From Pseudothermotoga sp. (lineage in GTDB: Bacteria; Thermotogota; Thermotogae; Thermotogales; DSM-5069), in contig JBEPZZ010000010.1 of the NCBI GenBank assembly GCA_041640575.1, positions 7,519-51,196 on the forward strand: a DNA stretch of 43,678 nt, read 5' to 3'. This document shows, in pieces, positions 1 through 10,367 of the stretch. The stretch's first letter is position 1; every line of letters starts with the position of its first letter. The notes beneath the pieces are model-generated. The model saw only the letters and a program-made list of their open reading frames with translations, made no database searches and was not told the DNA's origin. The position numbers and the translations under genes are program-made.

Positions 1-1
1 A

Positions 2-358
2 CGAGCAAACTATATTGTTAGGAACAGGGTCCTTTTTGATAAACTGCATACTGTAATTCAGTGGGATCCATTCGCTGCACGAGAATGGTTGGCGAGAAAT
101 GCCTGGGGTATAGGTTACAAGGAGGCGAGTCATTTTCTTAGAAATGTTGGTGTCGAAAGTCTTGCAATTTTGGACAGGCATGTTTTGCAATTAATGTTCA
201 AATACGGGTTAATTGATTCGCTACCAAAAAGTTTAAGCAGGAAAATCTATACAAATTTGGAAGCTATACTCAAAGATGTAGCAGATAGATTTGGTGAACC
301 TTTGGGAAAGTTTGATCTGTATTTGTGGTACTTTTTGAAAAGAAAGGTTGAGAAATAG
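2..358 (+). CDS. ogg: 8-oxoguanine DNA glycosylase/AP lyase (5'-truncated by the window edge)
   Basis: Frame is open from base 2 (RANYIVRNR...AREWLARNAWGIGYKEASHFLRNVG...AILDRH...DLYLW). It carries the HhH motif GIGxKEASHFLRN and the catalytic-Asp motif LDRH of the archaeal/Thermotoga Ogg family. Confidence 0.9.
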   Translation, partial: RANYIVRNRVLFDKLHTVIQWDPFAAREWLARNAWGIGYKEASHFLRNVGVESLAILDRHVLQLMFKYGLIDSLPKSLSRKIYTNLEAILKDVADRFGEPLGKFDLYLWYFLKRKVEK

Positions 359-370
359 GAGGTGTTTTTG

Positions 371-1786
371 GTGGTAAGAGTCAGATTCGCACCAAGTCCT
401 ACAGGATATTTGCACGTTGGTGGAGCGAGAACTGCCTTGTTCAACTATTTGTTCGCGAGGCATTATAATGGTTCTTTTGTTTTGAGGATAGAAGACACTG
501 ATTTGGCAAGGTCTGAAAGGATTTTTGAAGAAAATCTTATAAAAACCCTGCGGTGGCTTGGTTTGCACTGGGATGAGGGCCCAGATTTGGGAGGTAAATA
601 CGGCCCATATAGACAGAGCGAGAGATTACATATATATGCCGAATATGCTGAAAAATTGGTACGGCTCGGCAGAGCATACAAAGTTTATGCATACCCAGAA
701 GAAATAGAAAAGCTACGCGATAAACTACTTTCTGAGAATTTACCACCCCATTACACTCGCGAAATGTTTGAACCTTTTGCAACAAAGGAAAGGATTAGAG
801 AGTACGAAGAAAAGGGTTTGAAGCCAGCTATTTATTTTTCAATGCCAAGAGAGAAGGTTATACACCATGATCTTGTAAAAGGTGAGGTTATCTTTTCAGA
901 AGGTTCAGTGGGAGATTTTGCCTTGCTTAGAAGTAATGGAATGCCAACTTATAACTTCGCATGTGTTGTTGATGATATGCTGATGGAGATCACACATGTT
1001 ATTAGAGGTGATGATCACTTACCTAATACTTTGAAACAGTTAGCGATTTACAAAGCTTTTGAAGTAAATCCTCCATTGATGGGGCACGTCTCCATGATAC
1101 TTGGGCCTGACGGTAAGAAACTTAGTAAACGGCATGGAGCAACTTCGATAGAAGAATTTATAGAAAGAGGTTACCTACCAGAGGCCGTTGTGAATTACCT
1201 CGCGTTGCTTGGATGGTCCTCGCCAGACGGCAAAGAGATAATGTCTATGGAAGAAATGATTTCAAAGTTTAGCATCGAAAGAGTTAGCAAAAACCCAGCA
1301 ATTTTTGACCCGGCAAAATTGACATGGATGAACGCTCAGTATATTAAGAACTATGACAGCAAGCGTTTGGCTGAGCTTCTTAGGCCTTTCTTGAGCAAGT
1401 TGCAGATCCAAATAGAAGACTGGAAATGGCTTGAAAAAGTGATAGACGTGGAAAAAGAGCGTTCACACACCCTGGAAGACTTGTTGCTAAACGCTGACTA
1501 CTTCTTTAAAACCCCAAAAGTGGATGCGAATATACCTGACGATATAAAAAAGGCGTTGTTAAAGTGTGCAGAAGTATTGTTGACTGAATCAAGCTTAGAA
1601 AAAGAACGGCTGGTTGAAGTATTCAGAAAAGTAGTGAAAGAAAGTGCTGTTAAACCAAAAGATTTCTATCAGGCCTTGAGAATTTTGTTGACCGGCAAGT
1701 CTGGTGGCCCTGAGCTCTTAGATATAGTCTTGTTGCTTGGGAGAGATGAGGTGGTAAGAAGAATTAAGATTAATTTGGAGGTGTAA
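371..1786 (+). CDS. gltX: Glutamate--tRNA ligase
   Basis: RVRFAPSPTG, HIGH-like HVGG, RIEDTD, KLSKR. Start moved to GTG 371, 6 nt after SD GGAGGTG (358-364). Confidence 0.97.
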   Translation: MVRVRFAPSPTGYLHVGGARTALFNYLFARHYNGSFVLRIEDTDLARSERIFEENLIKTLRWLGLHWDEGPDLGGKYGPYRQSERLHIYAEYAEKLVRLGRAYKVYAYPEEIEKLRDKLLSENLPPHYTREMFEPFATKERIREYEEKGLKPAIYFSMPREKVIHHDLVKGEVIFSEGSVGDFALLRSNGMPTYNFACVVDDMLMEITHVIRGDDHLPNTLKQLAIYKAFEVNPPLMGHVSMILGPDGKKLSKRHGATSIEEFIERGYLPEAVVNYLALLGWSSPDGKEIMSMEEMISKFSIERVSKNPAIFDPAKLTWMNAQYIKNYDSKRLAELLRPFLSKLQIQIEDWKWLEKVIDVEKERSHTLEDLLLNADYFFKTPKVDANIPDDIKKALLKCAEVLLTESSLEKERLVEVFRKVVKESAVKPKDFYQALRILLTGKSGGPELLDIVLLLGRDEVVRRIKINLEV

Positions 1787-1788
1787 GA

Positions 1789-3183
1789 GTGTACATTCGA
1801 AATACTTTAACTGGACAATTGGAAGAATTCAAACCAACAGAACCTGGTATTGTGAGAATGTATGTCTGTGGCCCAACTGTTTATGGTTTGATCCATGTGG
1901 GTAATGCAAGACCTGTGGTTGTTTTCGATGCCTTCCGCAGGTTTCTTGAGTACAAGGGCTACAGGGTAATACTTGTTCAAAATTTTACCGACATAGATGA
2001 CAAAATAATAAATAGGGCCAACGAATGGGGTGTGGACTTTTCCGATGTGGCAAGTACCTTTATTTCGGAATACTGGAGAGACATAACGGCTTTGGGTGTA
2101 AGGGCTCCAAACTTTGCACCTAAGACCTCCGATTTTATACCAGAAATGATTGAGTCTGTGCGGAAACTGATTGAAAAAGGTTATGCTTATGTTTCAGATG
2201 GTGACGTGTATTTTGGCGTCGAAAGTTTTCCAAGGTATGGCGAGCTATCCCATCGCTCGCTCGAGGAAATGCTTGTTGGCGCAAGAGTTGATCCGAATGA
2301 AAAGAAAAGGAACCCGATGGACTTCGCATTGTGGAAAGCGGCTAAGCCTGGTGAGCCAAGCTGGGACAGCCCATGGGGTAAAGGGAGACCTGGTTGGCAT
2401 ATAGAATGCACTGTGATGTCAACCAAATTACTCGGTTCAACCCTTGACATTCATGCAGGTGGAGAGGATTTGATCTTTCCTCACCACGAGAATGAAAAGG
2501 CACAAAGTGAAGCGTTGACTGGCAAGGAATTTGTGAAATACTGGATGCATAACGGCATGATTAAAATGACGGGGGACAAAATGAGTAAGTCTCTAGGAAA
2601 TGTTTTCTTGCTGAGAAACGCAATTGCAAGATTTGGTGCGGATGCTTTGAAACTCTTTTTCCTCTCGAAGCACTACAGGAGCCCAATTGATTTTTCGGAG
2701 GAGATACTGGACCAAAACGTTAAGGCCGCTCGTAAAGTTAGAGAAACTTTTGAAAGATTTGAATCCAGGTTTTCTGAGGTTCGAATACCAAAAAATGACC
2801 AATGGATGAACGAAATGAGAGCTGCATTCATAGAGGCAATGAATAACGATTTCAATACCCCTGCTGCATTGGCCTTGGTTTTCGAACTTGTGAATGAGCT
2901 GAACAAGGCTATGGAGAATTTGAACGAGGAAAAGGCTCTGAAGATTTATCATCTGCTTAGAAGGGAATTCTGCCCAACACTTGGATTATTTGAACTACCA
3001 GCGCAAAAAGCAATTAAGGATATAACGGATGCGATGATAAAGTTAGCAATAAACGTTAGAAGTGAGCTCCGTGCAAACAGGTTGTATGAGCTTGCTGATT
3101 CAATAAGAGAGAAATTAAGAGAGATTGGTATTGAACTTAGAGATTCTCCTACCGGAACGACGTACACGATCAAGGAGGGATAA
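1789..3183 (+). CDS. cysS: Cysteine--tRNA ligase
   Basis: [35 protein letters not shown]. Confidence 0.98.
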   Translation: MYIRNTLTGQLEEFKPTEPGIVRMYVCGPTVYGLIHVGNARPVVVFDAFRRFLEYKGYRVILVQNFTDIDDKIINRANEWGVDFSDVASTFISEYWRDITALGVRAPNFAPKTSDFIPEMIESVRKLIEKGYAYVSDGDVYFGVESFPRYGELSHRSLEEMLVGARVDPNEKKRNPMDFALWKAAKPGEPSWDSPWGKGRPGWHIECTVMSTKLLGSTLDIHAGGEDLIFPHHENEKAQSEALTGKEFVKYWMHNGMIKMTGDKMSKSLGNVFLLRNAIARFGADALKLFFLSKHYRSPIDFSEEILDQNVKAARKVRETFERFESRFSEVRIPKNDQWMNEMRAAFIEAMNNDFNTPAALALVFELVNELNKAMENLNEEKALKIYHLLRREFCPTLGLFELPAQKAIKDITDAMIKLAINVRSELRANRLYELADSIREKLREIGIELRDSPTGTTYTIKEG

Positions 3184-3185
3184 CC

Positions 3186-4457
3186 ATGTGGGATTTTGTC
3201 AAACGCACTGACCCTGAGATTTATGAAATTTTAGTTGGTGAGTTGAATCGACAGAGAAATGGTCTAGAGTTGATTGCTTCGGAAAACTTCACATCGCTTG
3301 CTGTAATTGAAGCCATGGGAAGTGTGCTAACCAACAAATATGCGGAAGGTTACCCTTCAAAAAGATATTATGGAGGCTGCGAATGGGTTGATAAAGCTGA
3401 AGAACTGGCCCAAGAGCGAGCTAAGGCTCTTTTCAAAGTTAAGTATGCAAATGTGCAACCTCATTCTGGATCTCAAGCAAACATGGCAGCTTATCTAGCA
3501 GTTGCAGAGCCCGGTGATACTCTCATGGGAATGAGTCTGTCGCATGGTGGGCATCTAACGCATGGTGCAAGTGTGAACTTTTCGGGCCGATTGTTTAAGG
3601 TTGTTCAATATGGAGTGGATCCGAAAACTGAGCTAATAGATTACGATTCTGTCAGAAAGTTAGCACTCGAACATAAACCCAAGATAATCGTTGCTGGCGG
3701 AAGTGCATATTCAAGGATAATAGATTTTAAAACGTTCAGAGAGATAGCTGATGAAGTAGGCGCCTATTTGATAGTTGATATGGCTCACTTTGCAGGTTTG
3801 GTAGCCGCTGGATTGTATCCCAACCCGGCCGAATACGCACACATTGTGACATCGACCACTCATAAAACTTTAAGAGGACCAAGATCGGGTTTGATACTTA
3901 CAAATGATCCTGAAATTTACAAAAACATCAACAAGACAGTCTTTCCAGGCATGCAAGGTGGACCATTGATGCATATAATAGCAGCAAAAGCTGTTTGTTT
4001 CAAGGAAGCAATGAAACCTGAGTTTGTCGAGTATCAAAAACAAGTTGTGAAAAATGCTAAGACTATGGCGGAAAAGCTCTCAGAATTAGGACTTAGAATT
4101 GTTTCTGGTGGGACTGATACTCACCTGATGCTGGTTGATCTCACAACGATAGGTGTTACTGGAAAAGCAGCCGAGAAGGCCCTTGAAAAATGTGGTATAA
4201 CAGTTAACAAAAACACTATACCTAACGAGACTCGCTCCCCATTTGTGGCAAGTGGAATACGTATTGGTACTCCGGCGGTAACAACTCGAGGTATGAAAGA
4301 ACAACAGATGCAGGAAATTGCTATGCTGATTCATCGGGTTCTCACACATGTAAGCGATGAAGAAGGTAGAGTACCTGAAGATGTAAGGTTAGAAGTACTC
4401 AGCCAGGTGCAGAAACTGTGCGATAGTTTTCCACTTTATCCCGACGTAAAAGTTTGA
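3186..4457 (+). CDS. glyA: Serine hydroxymethyltransferase
   Basis: [24 protein letters not shown] (PLP lysine). SD GGAGG upstream. Confidence 0.98.
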   Translation: MWDFVKRTDPEIYEILVGELNRQRNGLELIASENFTSLAVIEAMGSVLTNKYAEGYPSKRYYGGCEWVDKAEELAQERAKALFKVKYANVQPHSGSQANMAAYLAVAEPGDTLMGMSLSHGGHLTHGASVNFSGRLFKVVQYGVDPKTELIDYDSVRKLALEHKPKIIVAGGSAYSRIIDFKTFREIADEVGAYLIVDMAHFAGLVAAGLYPNPAEYAHIVTSTTHKTLRGPRSGLILTNDPEIYKNINKTVFPGMQGGPLMHIIAAKAVCFKEAMKPEFVEYQKQVVKNAKTMAEKLSELGLRIVSGGTDTHLMLVDLTTIGVTGKAAEKALEKCGITVNKNTIPNETRSPFVASGIRIGTPAVTTRGMKEQQMQEIAMLIHRVLTHVSDEEGRVPEDVRLEVLSQVQKLCDSFPLYPDVKV

Positions 4458-4482
4458 TTACCTATGTCTGGGGGAATGATTT

Positions 4483-6351
4483 TTGAGAGTAGGTGTTGTA
4501 ACTGGGAGTAATAGTTCTAGCCCGTATCTTTTTTATGTGAGACTAGAACAAGAAGGTAACAAACCAAAATACATGCTTCAAATAGATGACGTAGTAAAAG
4601 TTTTGTTTCACTATAAGCCCTATGGTGAGATTGTTTATTATGGCGTGGTAACACAGTTAACGGCAAGATGGGATTTTGGCCCTATATCAGGTTATGAGGA
4701 AGATGTTGCGCTCAAAGGACTTGCGCCAGCCTTTGGTTATTACATAGCTAGTGTTGTTACAACTAGGATGCTTCTCAAGCATGAAAATGGGTATAGTCAG
4801 GATGCACCGCAAGTTCCTCCACCACCGGGAACGCCTGTGATGCTGGCAGAGGATGAGGAACTAGCGATAGCACTAGGGTTCGACGAGCTAATAAAGGAAA
4901 ATGTGGCTATCCCTGTGGGAATAATGAGAAATGGAAGTGTAGCTTACATCGATGTTCGATACGTACTTGGTGAAAATGGCGCACATATAAACATCTCGGG
5001 TCAGTCTGGTGTAGCTGCGAAAACTTCTTACGCAACATTTTTAATGAAATCTTTTCTTGATACTGGTAAAAGACTTGCGATTAGTAATCCTTTGATGAGC
5101 TATCTTGAAAAATCAAGGTTCATAGTTTTCAACGTTAAAGGCGAAAGTTTGATGTTTCTGGATAAATGGTCGAAAGATTGGAAGGCCAACGAGTTAAAAG
5201 AACAAGGAAAAAGATGGCTAGAAATGTATGAAAAAATGAAAATTAAGCCTGGACCTTTTGAAAAGGTCCTGTTCTATTTCCCAAGAAAGCAAAGAAACAA
5301 GCCGCAACCTTGGACAAAGAGATTTCGTGAGCAAGACAATAAAGTTTTCACTTATGGATGGGATACGATAGATATAATCCAGATGAATCTGCTAGAGTTG
5401 ATGTTTGACCAAGAGGAACTTGAAACGAATCAGAATTTGCAACTGGCTGTCACAACGGTTCAAGAAATCTTGGAAAAAAGGCTCGAGGAGGCCTTTAAGA
5501 GTGCCGAAAGATTTTTCAATGGCAAACCTCCTTCCTCTGATCCCGAGATTATCCTTCGAGAAGCTATGTGCAATGGTTTTGATGCTAAATTGCAAGCAAA
5601 ACTACCCGATGGCATAGACGATTTGATTCGAATGCTGACTGAGGATGAAGAAATCTCTACGAATATGAAAGGCCAAGTAAGTAATACGACGATCTCTGCG
5701 ATGCTGAGGAGATTGAAATCGATCAAAAACATTGGTATGGACTTGCTGTGGATACCGATGCATTTTAGTATGGATGGTAGTGGCTACAAACCACATAAGA
5801 TGTTGTGGGATGAACCTGGTCAAGTAACTGTAATTGACATTTCGAAGTTACGTTCACGTATTCAGTCGTTTGTAGTTGGAGCAACTCTTGTTGAAATTAT
5901 GAAATTTCGTGAGCAAAAGGCTACTCAAGACCCTGTATTCATATTCTTGGATGAACTAAACAAGTACGCCCCAAGACAAACTGGAGGGCCATTGAAAAAC
6001 ATTTTCCGTGACATTGCTGAACGTGGAAGATCTTTTAGGGTAATACTTATAGGTGCAGAACAGACTGCATCAGAGGTTGACTACCGGGTGATAACTCAAT
6101 CGTCAACAACAATTGTAGGTAGGCAGAAAGCTGTGGAGCTTGATAAACAAGAGTATGGTCATTTGAGTACAGAACAAAAGCAGCGAGCTGCACTACTTCA
6201 ACAAGGTGAGATGATTGTTGACCAACCATTCCTTAGGTTACCGGTAACTATCAAGTTTCCATTGCCGGCTTGGTGTACGAAAGAAGATGGAGATTTTTCC
6301 TATACTCAGAAAGAGCGTGAAGAGGGTAAATCCAAGCTTTACGGAGGATGA
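4483..6351 (+). CDS. HerA/FtsK-superfamily ATPase (bacterial HerA-like)
   Basis: N-terminal HAS-barrel-like region, variant Walker A HINISGQSGVAAKTS, Walker B FIFLDELNKYAP, arginine finger AERGRS, AEQ motif. Confidence 0.8.
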   Translation: MRVGVVTGSNSSSPYLFYVRLEQEGNKPKYMLQIDDVVKVLFHYKPYGEIVYYGVVTQLTARWDFGPISGYEEDVALKGLAPAFGYYIASVVTTRMLLKHENGYSQDAPQVPPPPGTPVMLAEDEELAIALGFDELIKENVAIPVGIMRNGSVAYIDVRYVLGENGAHINISGQSGVAAKTSYATFLMKSFLDTGKRLAISNPLMSYLEKSRFIVFNVKGESLMFLDKWSKDWKANELKEQGKRWLEMYEKMKIKPGPFEKVLFYFPRKQRNKPQPWTKRFREQDNKVFTYGWDTIDIIQMNLLELMFDQEELETNQNLQLAVTTVQEILEKRLEEAFKSAERFFNGKPPSSDPEIILREAMCNGFDAKLQAKLPDGIDDLIRMLTEDEEISTNMKGQVSNTTISAMLRRLKSIKNIGMDLLWIPMHFSMDGSGYKPHKMLWDEPGQVTVIDISKLRSRIQSFVVGATLVEIMKFREQKATQDPVFIFLDELNKYAPRQTGGPLKNIFRDIAERGRSFRVILIGAEQTASEVDYRVITQSSTTIVGRQKAVELDKQEYGHLSTEQKQRAALLQQGEMIVDQPFLRLPVTIKFPLPAWCTKEDGDFSYTQKEREEGKSKLYGG

Positions 6352-6355
6352 AAAA

Positions 6356-7705
6356 GTGATTTTCAAGAATGCTGTGGTTTACAGAGCTGGTTGCTTTCAA
6401 AAAATGAATCTCATAGTCGAAAATGGTTACTTTGTTGAGTCTGCGCGTGACTATTCATCAAAAGATCTGTATGGGATGTACGTTATGCCGGGCTTTATTG
6501 ATTCACACGCACATCTTGTTGGGGTTGGCAAGAAGTATCTGCAAATAAATCTTGAAAATGTGAAGAGTCAGGCAGAAATTTTCGAACTTGTCAGTAAATC
6601 AAGTTCTCCAGTCGTGTTCGGCAGAGGTTGGACCGAGGAAAAATTGCATGCGTATCCAGATAAAGAAATGCTGGATATGATAGATAAACCTGTGATTTTG
6701 GTTCGCAGATGTGGCCATGTTGCAATTGCGAATGAAAAAGCTATGCAAATCGCTGGAATGCGAAAAAGTGATGGGATCTTTAGGGAAGGCGAAATTGAAG
6801 CTTTGAAATCCAAATTTCCAGAAGAAGACTGCGAAAAATATCTCCGTGCTGGCGAAAACGCATTTCTTTCTAAAGGTGTTACTTTTGTTCACTCAGATGA
6901 TTTTCACAACATCACATGGGAAAAACTACAAGAAGCTTTATCAAAAGCAAAGATAAGAATCTTTGAAAAAGTGTATTTGCAAGATGTTAAAAGACTGGAG
7001 GATTTCAAAGAGTTTGGAAAATTAACTGATCGTGTAATTGTCGGGGCGGTCAAAGCTTTTGCTGATGGATCTCTTGGTGGTAAAACGGCATATTTGAGCA
7101 AATCATACCCAGACACACCAGGATATTATGGAATGAAATTACTTGATCGGAGCACTATCCGCCGGCTTGCTGAGGTTTGTAAAACTAAAAATATTCAGCT
7201 TTGCATTCACGCAATAGGCGATGCCGCAGTTCATGAAGTTGCTGAGGCTCTCAAAGATTACCCTGAAAATAGAATCATACATGTGCAGTTGATAAAAAAA
7301 GATGACTTGGAGAAATTGCGAAACACTTACATCAGTATACAACCCCACTTTATGTTTGAGGACGAGAACATTATAAGATTTAACATACCAAATGATCTTG
7401 ATGCCCTAAGATATCCGTTCAGGCAGTTATACGAAAAAGGATTTAAGATTGGTTTCTCAACTGATGCTCCGGTTTCACCAGAGGATCCAAAATATGTTAT
7501 CGAGGCAGCTTTGAAACAAGATTTTACGAAAGGAGAATGTATCGATCTTTATACGATTGCGAATGCCCAGATGGTAAAGCTTCCTGTAGGGAAAATTGAA
7601 GTAGGTTATCTTGCTGATTTTGCTGTTTACGAAAGAGATCCAACAAAATTCGAGGACGACCCAGTTGCAGTCTACGTTTCTGGTGAACTGGTTTGGGAGA
7701 GATGA
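6356..7705 (+). CDS. Metal-dependent amidohydrolase (amidohydrolase-3/YtcJ-like)
   Basis: PGFIDSHAH, KAFADGSLG, IHAIGD, RIIHVQ, FSTDAP, GKIEVGYLADF. Start moved to GTG 6356 after GGAGG. Confidence 0.88.
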   Translation: MIFKNAVVYRAGCFQKMNLIVENGYFVESARDYSSKDLYGMYVMPGFIDSHAHLVGVGKKYLQINLENVKSQAEIFELVSKSSSPVVFGRGWTEEKLHAYPDKEMLDMIDKPVILVRRCGHVAIANEKAMQIAGMRKSDGIFREGEIEALKSKFPEEDCEKYLRAGENAFLSKGVTFVHSDDFHNITWEKLQEALSKAKIRIFEKVYLQDVKRLEDFKEFGKLTDRVIVGAVKAFADGSLGGKTAYLSKSYPDTPGYYGMKLLDRSTIRRLAEVCKTKNIQLCIHAIGDAAVHEVAEALKDYPENRIIHVQLIKKDDLEKLRNTYISIQPHFMFEDENIIRFNIPNDLDALRYPFRQLYEKGFKIGFSTDAPVSPEDPKYVIEAALKQDFTKGECIDLYTIANAQMVKLPVGKIEVGYLADFAVYERDPTKFEDDPVAVYVSGELVWER

Positions 7706-7707
7706 AT

Positions 7708-7784
7708 TGGAGCAGGCGGTGGGACTCGAACCCACACCCTCCGCCTTACCAAGGCGGCGCTCCACCTCTTGAAGCTACGCCTGC
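7708..7784 (-). tRNA. tRNA-Thr (anticodon GGU), CCA encoded
   Basis: Minus strand folds as a cloverleaf: acceptor GCAGGCG/CGCCTGC, anticodon arm CCGCC-TTGGTAA-GGCGG, T arm GTGGG-TTCGAGT-CCCAC, 3' TCCA. Confidence 0.96.
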
Positions 7785-7795
7785 TTACGTTGACA

Positions 7796-7823
7796 AGTAT
7801 ACCACATTGTTCGATAAGTTCAA
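7796..7823 (-). promoter_or_regulatory. Sigma70-type promoter of tRNA-Thr
   Basis: TTGAAC-16 nt-TATACT with an extended -10 TG; the -10 box ends 11 nt before the tRNA 5' end. Confidence 0.7.
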
Positions 7824-7833
7824 GTATCCTTGA

Positions 7834-10365
7834 TCAGTTTCTGGTCTTGATAGTTATGCTGTAACTGTCCAGGATTGGTCTAACTGCATCTAGAGTAAGT
7901 TTTTTACCAGCCAAGGTTACTCTTGTGCATTCCAATTCTGTGGCATTTTCCAAATCCTTTTCGTCGAAGCATCCCGAGAATTCATAGACAACACTGATTA
8001 CATCTTCAAGATTTCGATACTCAATCGTTTCACCGTTTGGTCTCAAAATTAGGAGATAACGCCCGTCGTTTATGGGATTCCTCAGCTTGAAAATTGTTAT
8101 CCCGTCACTTGCATATTCGCCCCTGACATCAACAGCTACAGGCAAAAGTCTAAAAGTTGTGAAAACTTCCGCCAATGGCGCAATTTTTTTGTCCAAACGT
8201 GTTGCAAACGGTGTCAGTGGGAAACCGTAGCTTTCTTCTTCGTACTTTGCAATATCCTTTTCTGTCAGACTAATGTGTATGCTTTGATAACGTTTTCCAA
8301 ACTTTGCTGATATTTCAAGCAGTGATGGTTCAAACCCCATTCTGAAGCTTTCAAAAGCAATGAAGGCTTTTTCCCTGTTCTCATATATGCAATCAAAAGC
8401 ACCAGCCATTACAAGTTTTTGAATAGTTGAGATGGGAATTCGTATTTTATCAGCAAAATCTTGAACACTTGAATATGGGGCATTTTTGATAATCGTTTCC
8501 ACAATACTATGATTGATTCCTTCTATGACTTCAAATGGAAGTTGAAAGTCAAGTTCGTTTAGTTTTGTCGGGTTAATCGATGGTGGAATTACTTTATAAC
8601 CAAGACTTCTAAGTTCTTGAACGGCTAAGAAAACCTTATCTCTTTCTGTAGAATGCCTTTTGATGTATTCGAGAAAGAAAATCCTTGGTGATAGGCTCTT
8701 GAGATAGGCTAACTCATAACTTAGATAAGAATACGCTACACTGTGTGATTTGTTGAACGCATACTGAGCAAAGTTCTGTATTATTGTAACTAATCGGTTT
8801 ATCTCTTCTTTTGAGTATCCCTTTTTCTGCATACCTCTTTCCAATTTTTCCAAAGCTTCTCTCATCAACTCCCGATCTTTCCCTGATACTGCTCTTCTGA
8901 AAAGATCAGATTCAGGTGCAGAGAGCCCGGCTACGTCCATTGCTAATTTCATAAGTTGTTCTTGATAAACTATCACACCTTTAGTCTCTGGGAAAACATT
9001 TTCAACCTTTTCGCAACGTCTCTTCTTTCTTGCATAGATTTCGTTCAGTTTTGCTGAGAGCGGGCCAGGTCTGTTTAGTGCAAGAAGAATGGAAAGCTCT
9101 TCGATGTTTTCAACCCTGACCTGCCTGCAAAGTTTTCTCGCCATCGGAGATTCAAGCTGAAATATTCCTGTGGTCTGACCCCTTTGAACCATTGAATAGG
9201 TCTTCTCATCTGTTACTGGAATTTGGTGAACTTTTATGGCTTTCTTGAGTTTTGAGAGAAGAGAAAGAGCAGTCAAACCAAGTAAATCAATTTTGACAAT
9301 GCCCAAATCTTCAAGTGAATATATATCATATTCTGTAATTTTTTGTCTTGTCCCTGGCACCAATGGTATGTTCGGTGGAGTTTCTGTTACAACGATACCT
9401 GAAGCATGAACGCTTCTTTTTGAAGGCAGTCCAACCATTTTCTTAAGAGTTTCATTACTTACTGAGAAATTTTGACGGTGAAACTCGTTGAGGATTGATT
9501 TCTCGGAGAGCCTTGAAAAACTTGACACTTGCGCAACGAATGGAAATTTTTTGCCTATCATTTCAATCAGTTCTTGTCTTCTTTCATCCTCAACGTCTAT
9601 GTCAATATCAGGTGGTTCGTTTCTATATTCGTTGAGGAATCTCTCAAACATCAAACCGTGATTTATAGGATTAACGTTCGTTATACCTAATGCGTAGGAG
9701 ATGACTGAACCTACAGCACTTCCTCGACCAGGGCCAATGCATATTCCTGCTTGCTTTGCTGTATCGACTATTTCCTTCACAGTGTAAAAATAACTTTCAA
9801 ATCCAAGTTTTTCAACTATCTGAGCTTCTTCTAGAAACTTTCTGGCAAGTTCCGCTGGCAAAGTATCGGTGAAAGTCCTCAGCCAACCCTCTTGAGGTTG
9901 AGGAAGCTTTGCATCAATTTTTAGATCATAAGGGGAAACATTTAGAACTTTTGCAGTATCTGGTAATTCCTCGTCGAAATAACCATTTTCTTTGGGTTCA
10001 ACCGATAGTAATTTGCACATTATAGCGTGATGCTCATAATCCTTTTTATCTAGAAAATATACAAACCTTACTTCTTCTGCAGGTATAAATTCTGTAACTG
10101 GTTCTCGATTTTCGTTGTAGGCCCTAATCAATTCCTCGAATTCTTCTCTGCTTCTTGCATAGAAAACTTTGCTAAACAGCCTCAGACCATGAATTGGTAT
10201 CAACCCGTTAGCTCTGCAGATTTTATTAAAAATTACCGCAGCATGAAAGTTCGCATCGCACAACAATAAAGAATTCTTTCCAAACGCTTTTGCAAGTTTC
10301 ACAAGTTCCTCAAAGCGAATTATGGAACCGTCGAAACTATATGGGCTTACGATACCAGCAATCAT
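7834..10365 (-). CDS. dnaE: DNA polymerase III alpha subunit (short DnaE)
   Basis: SPYSFDG, GPGRGSAVGS, FERFLN, PDIDID, KIDLLGL, ALNRPGP, YQEQ, YAFNKSHS. ATG 10365 follows AGGATGTG. Confidence 0.93.
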   Translation of the reverse strand: MIAGIVSPYSFDGSIIRFEELVKLAKAFGKNSLLLCDANFHAAVIFNKICRANGLIPIHGLRLFSKVFYARSREEFEELIRAYNENREPVTEFIPAEEVRFVYFLDKKDYEHHAIMCKLLSVEPKENGYFDEELPDTAKVLNVSPYDLKIDAKLPQPQEGWLRTFTDTLPAELARKFLEEAQIVEKLGFESYFYTVKEIVDTAKQAGICIGPGRGSAVGSVISYALGITNVNPINHGLMFERFLNEYRNEPPDIDIDVEDERRQELIEMIGKKFPFVAQVSSFSRLSEKSILNEFHRQNFSVSNETLKKMVGLPSKRSVHASGIVVTETPPNIPLVPGTRQKITEYDIYSLEDLGIVKIDLLGLTALSLLSKLKKAIKVHQIPVTDEKTYSMVQRGQTTGIFQLESPMARKLCRQVRVENIEELSILLALNRPGPLSAKLNEIYARKKRRCEKVENVFPETKGVIVYQEQLMKLAMDVAGLSAPESDLFRRAVSGKDRELMREALEKLERGMQKKGYSKEEINRLVTIIQNFAQYAFNKSHSVAYSYLSYELAYLKSLSPRIFFLEYIKRHSTERDKVFLAVQELRSLGYKVIPPSINPTKLNELDFQLPFEVIEGINHSIVETIIKNAPYSSVQDFADKIRIPISTIQKLVMAGAFDCIYENREKAFIAFESFRMGFEPSLLEISAKFGKRYQSIHISLTEKDIAKYEEESYGFPLTPFATRLDKKIAPLAEVFTTFRLLPVAVDVRGEYASDGITIFKLRNPINDGRYLLILRPNGETIEYRNLEDVISVVYEFSGCFDEKDLENATELECTRVTLAGKKLTLDAVRPILDSYSITIKTRN

Positions 10366-10367
10366 TG

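Noticed and set aside
7700..7790. tRNA as an integration site for a mobile element
   Set aside because: I saw no integrase and no duplicated tRNA 3' end, and the flanks are housekeeping genes.
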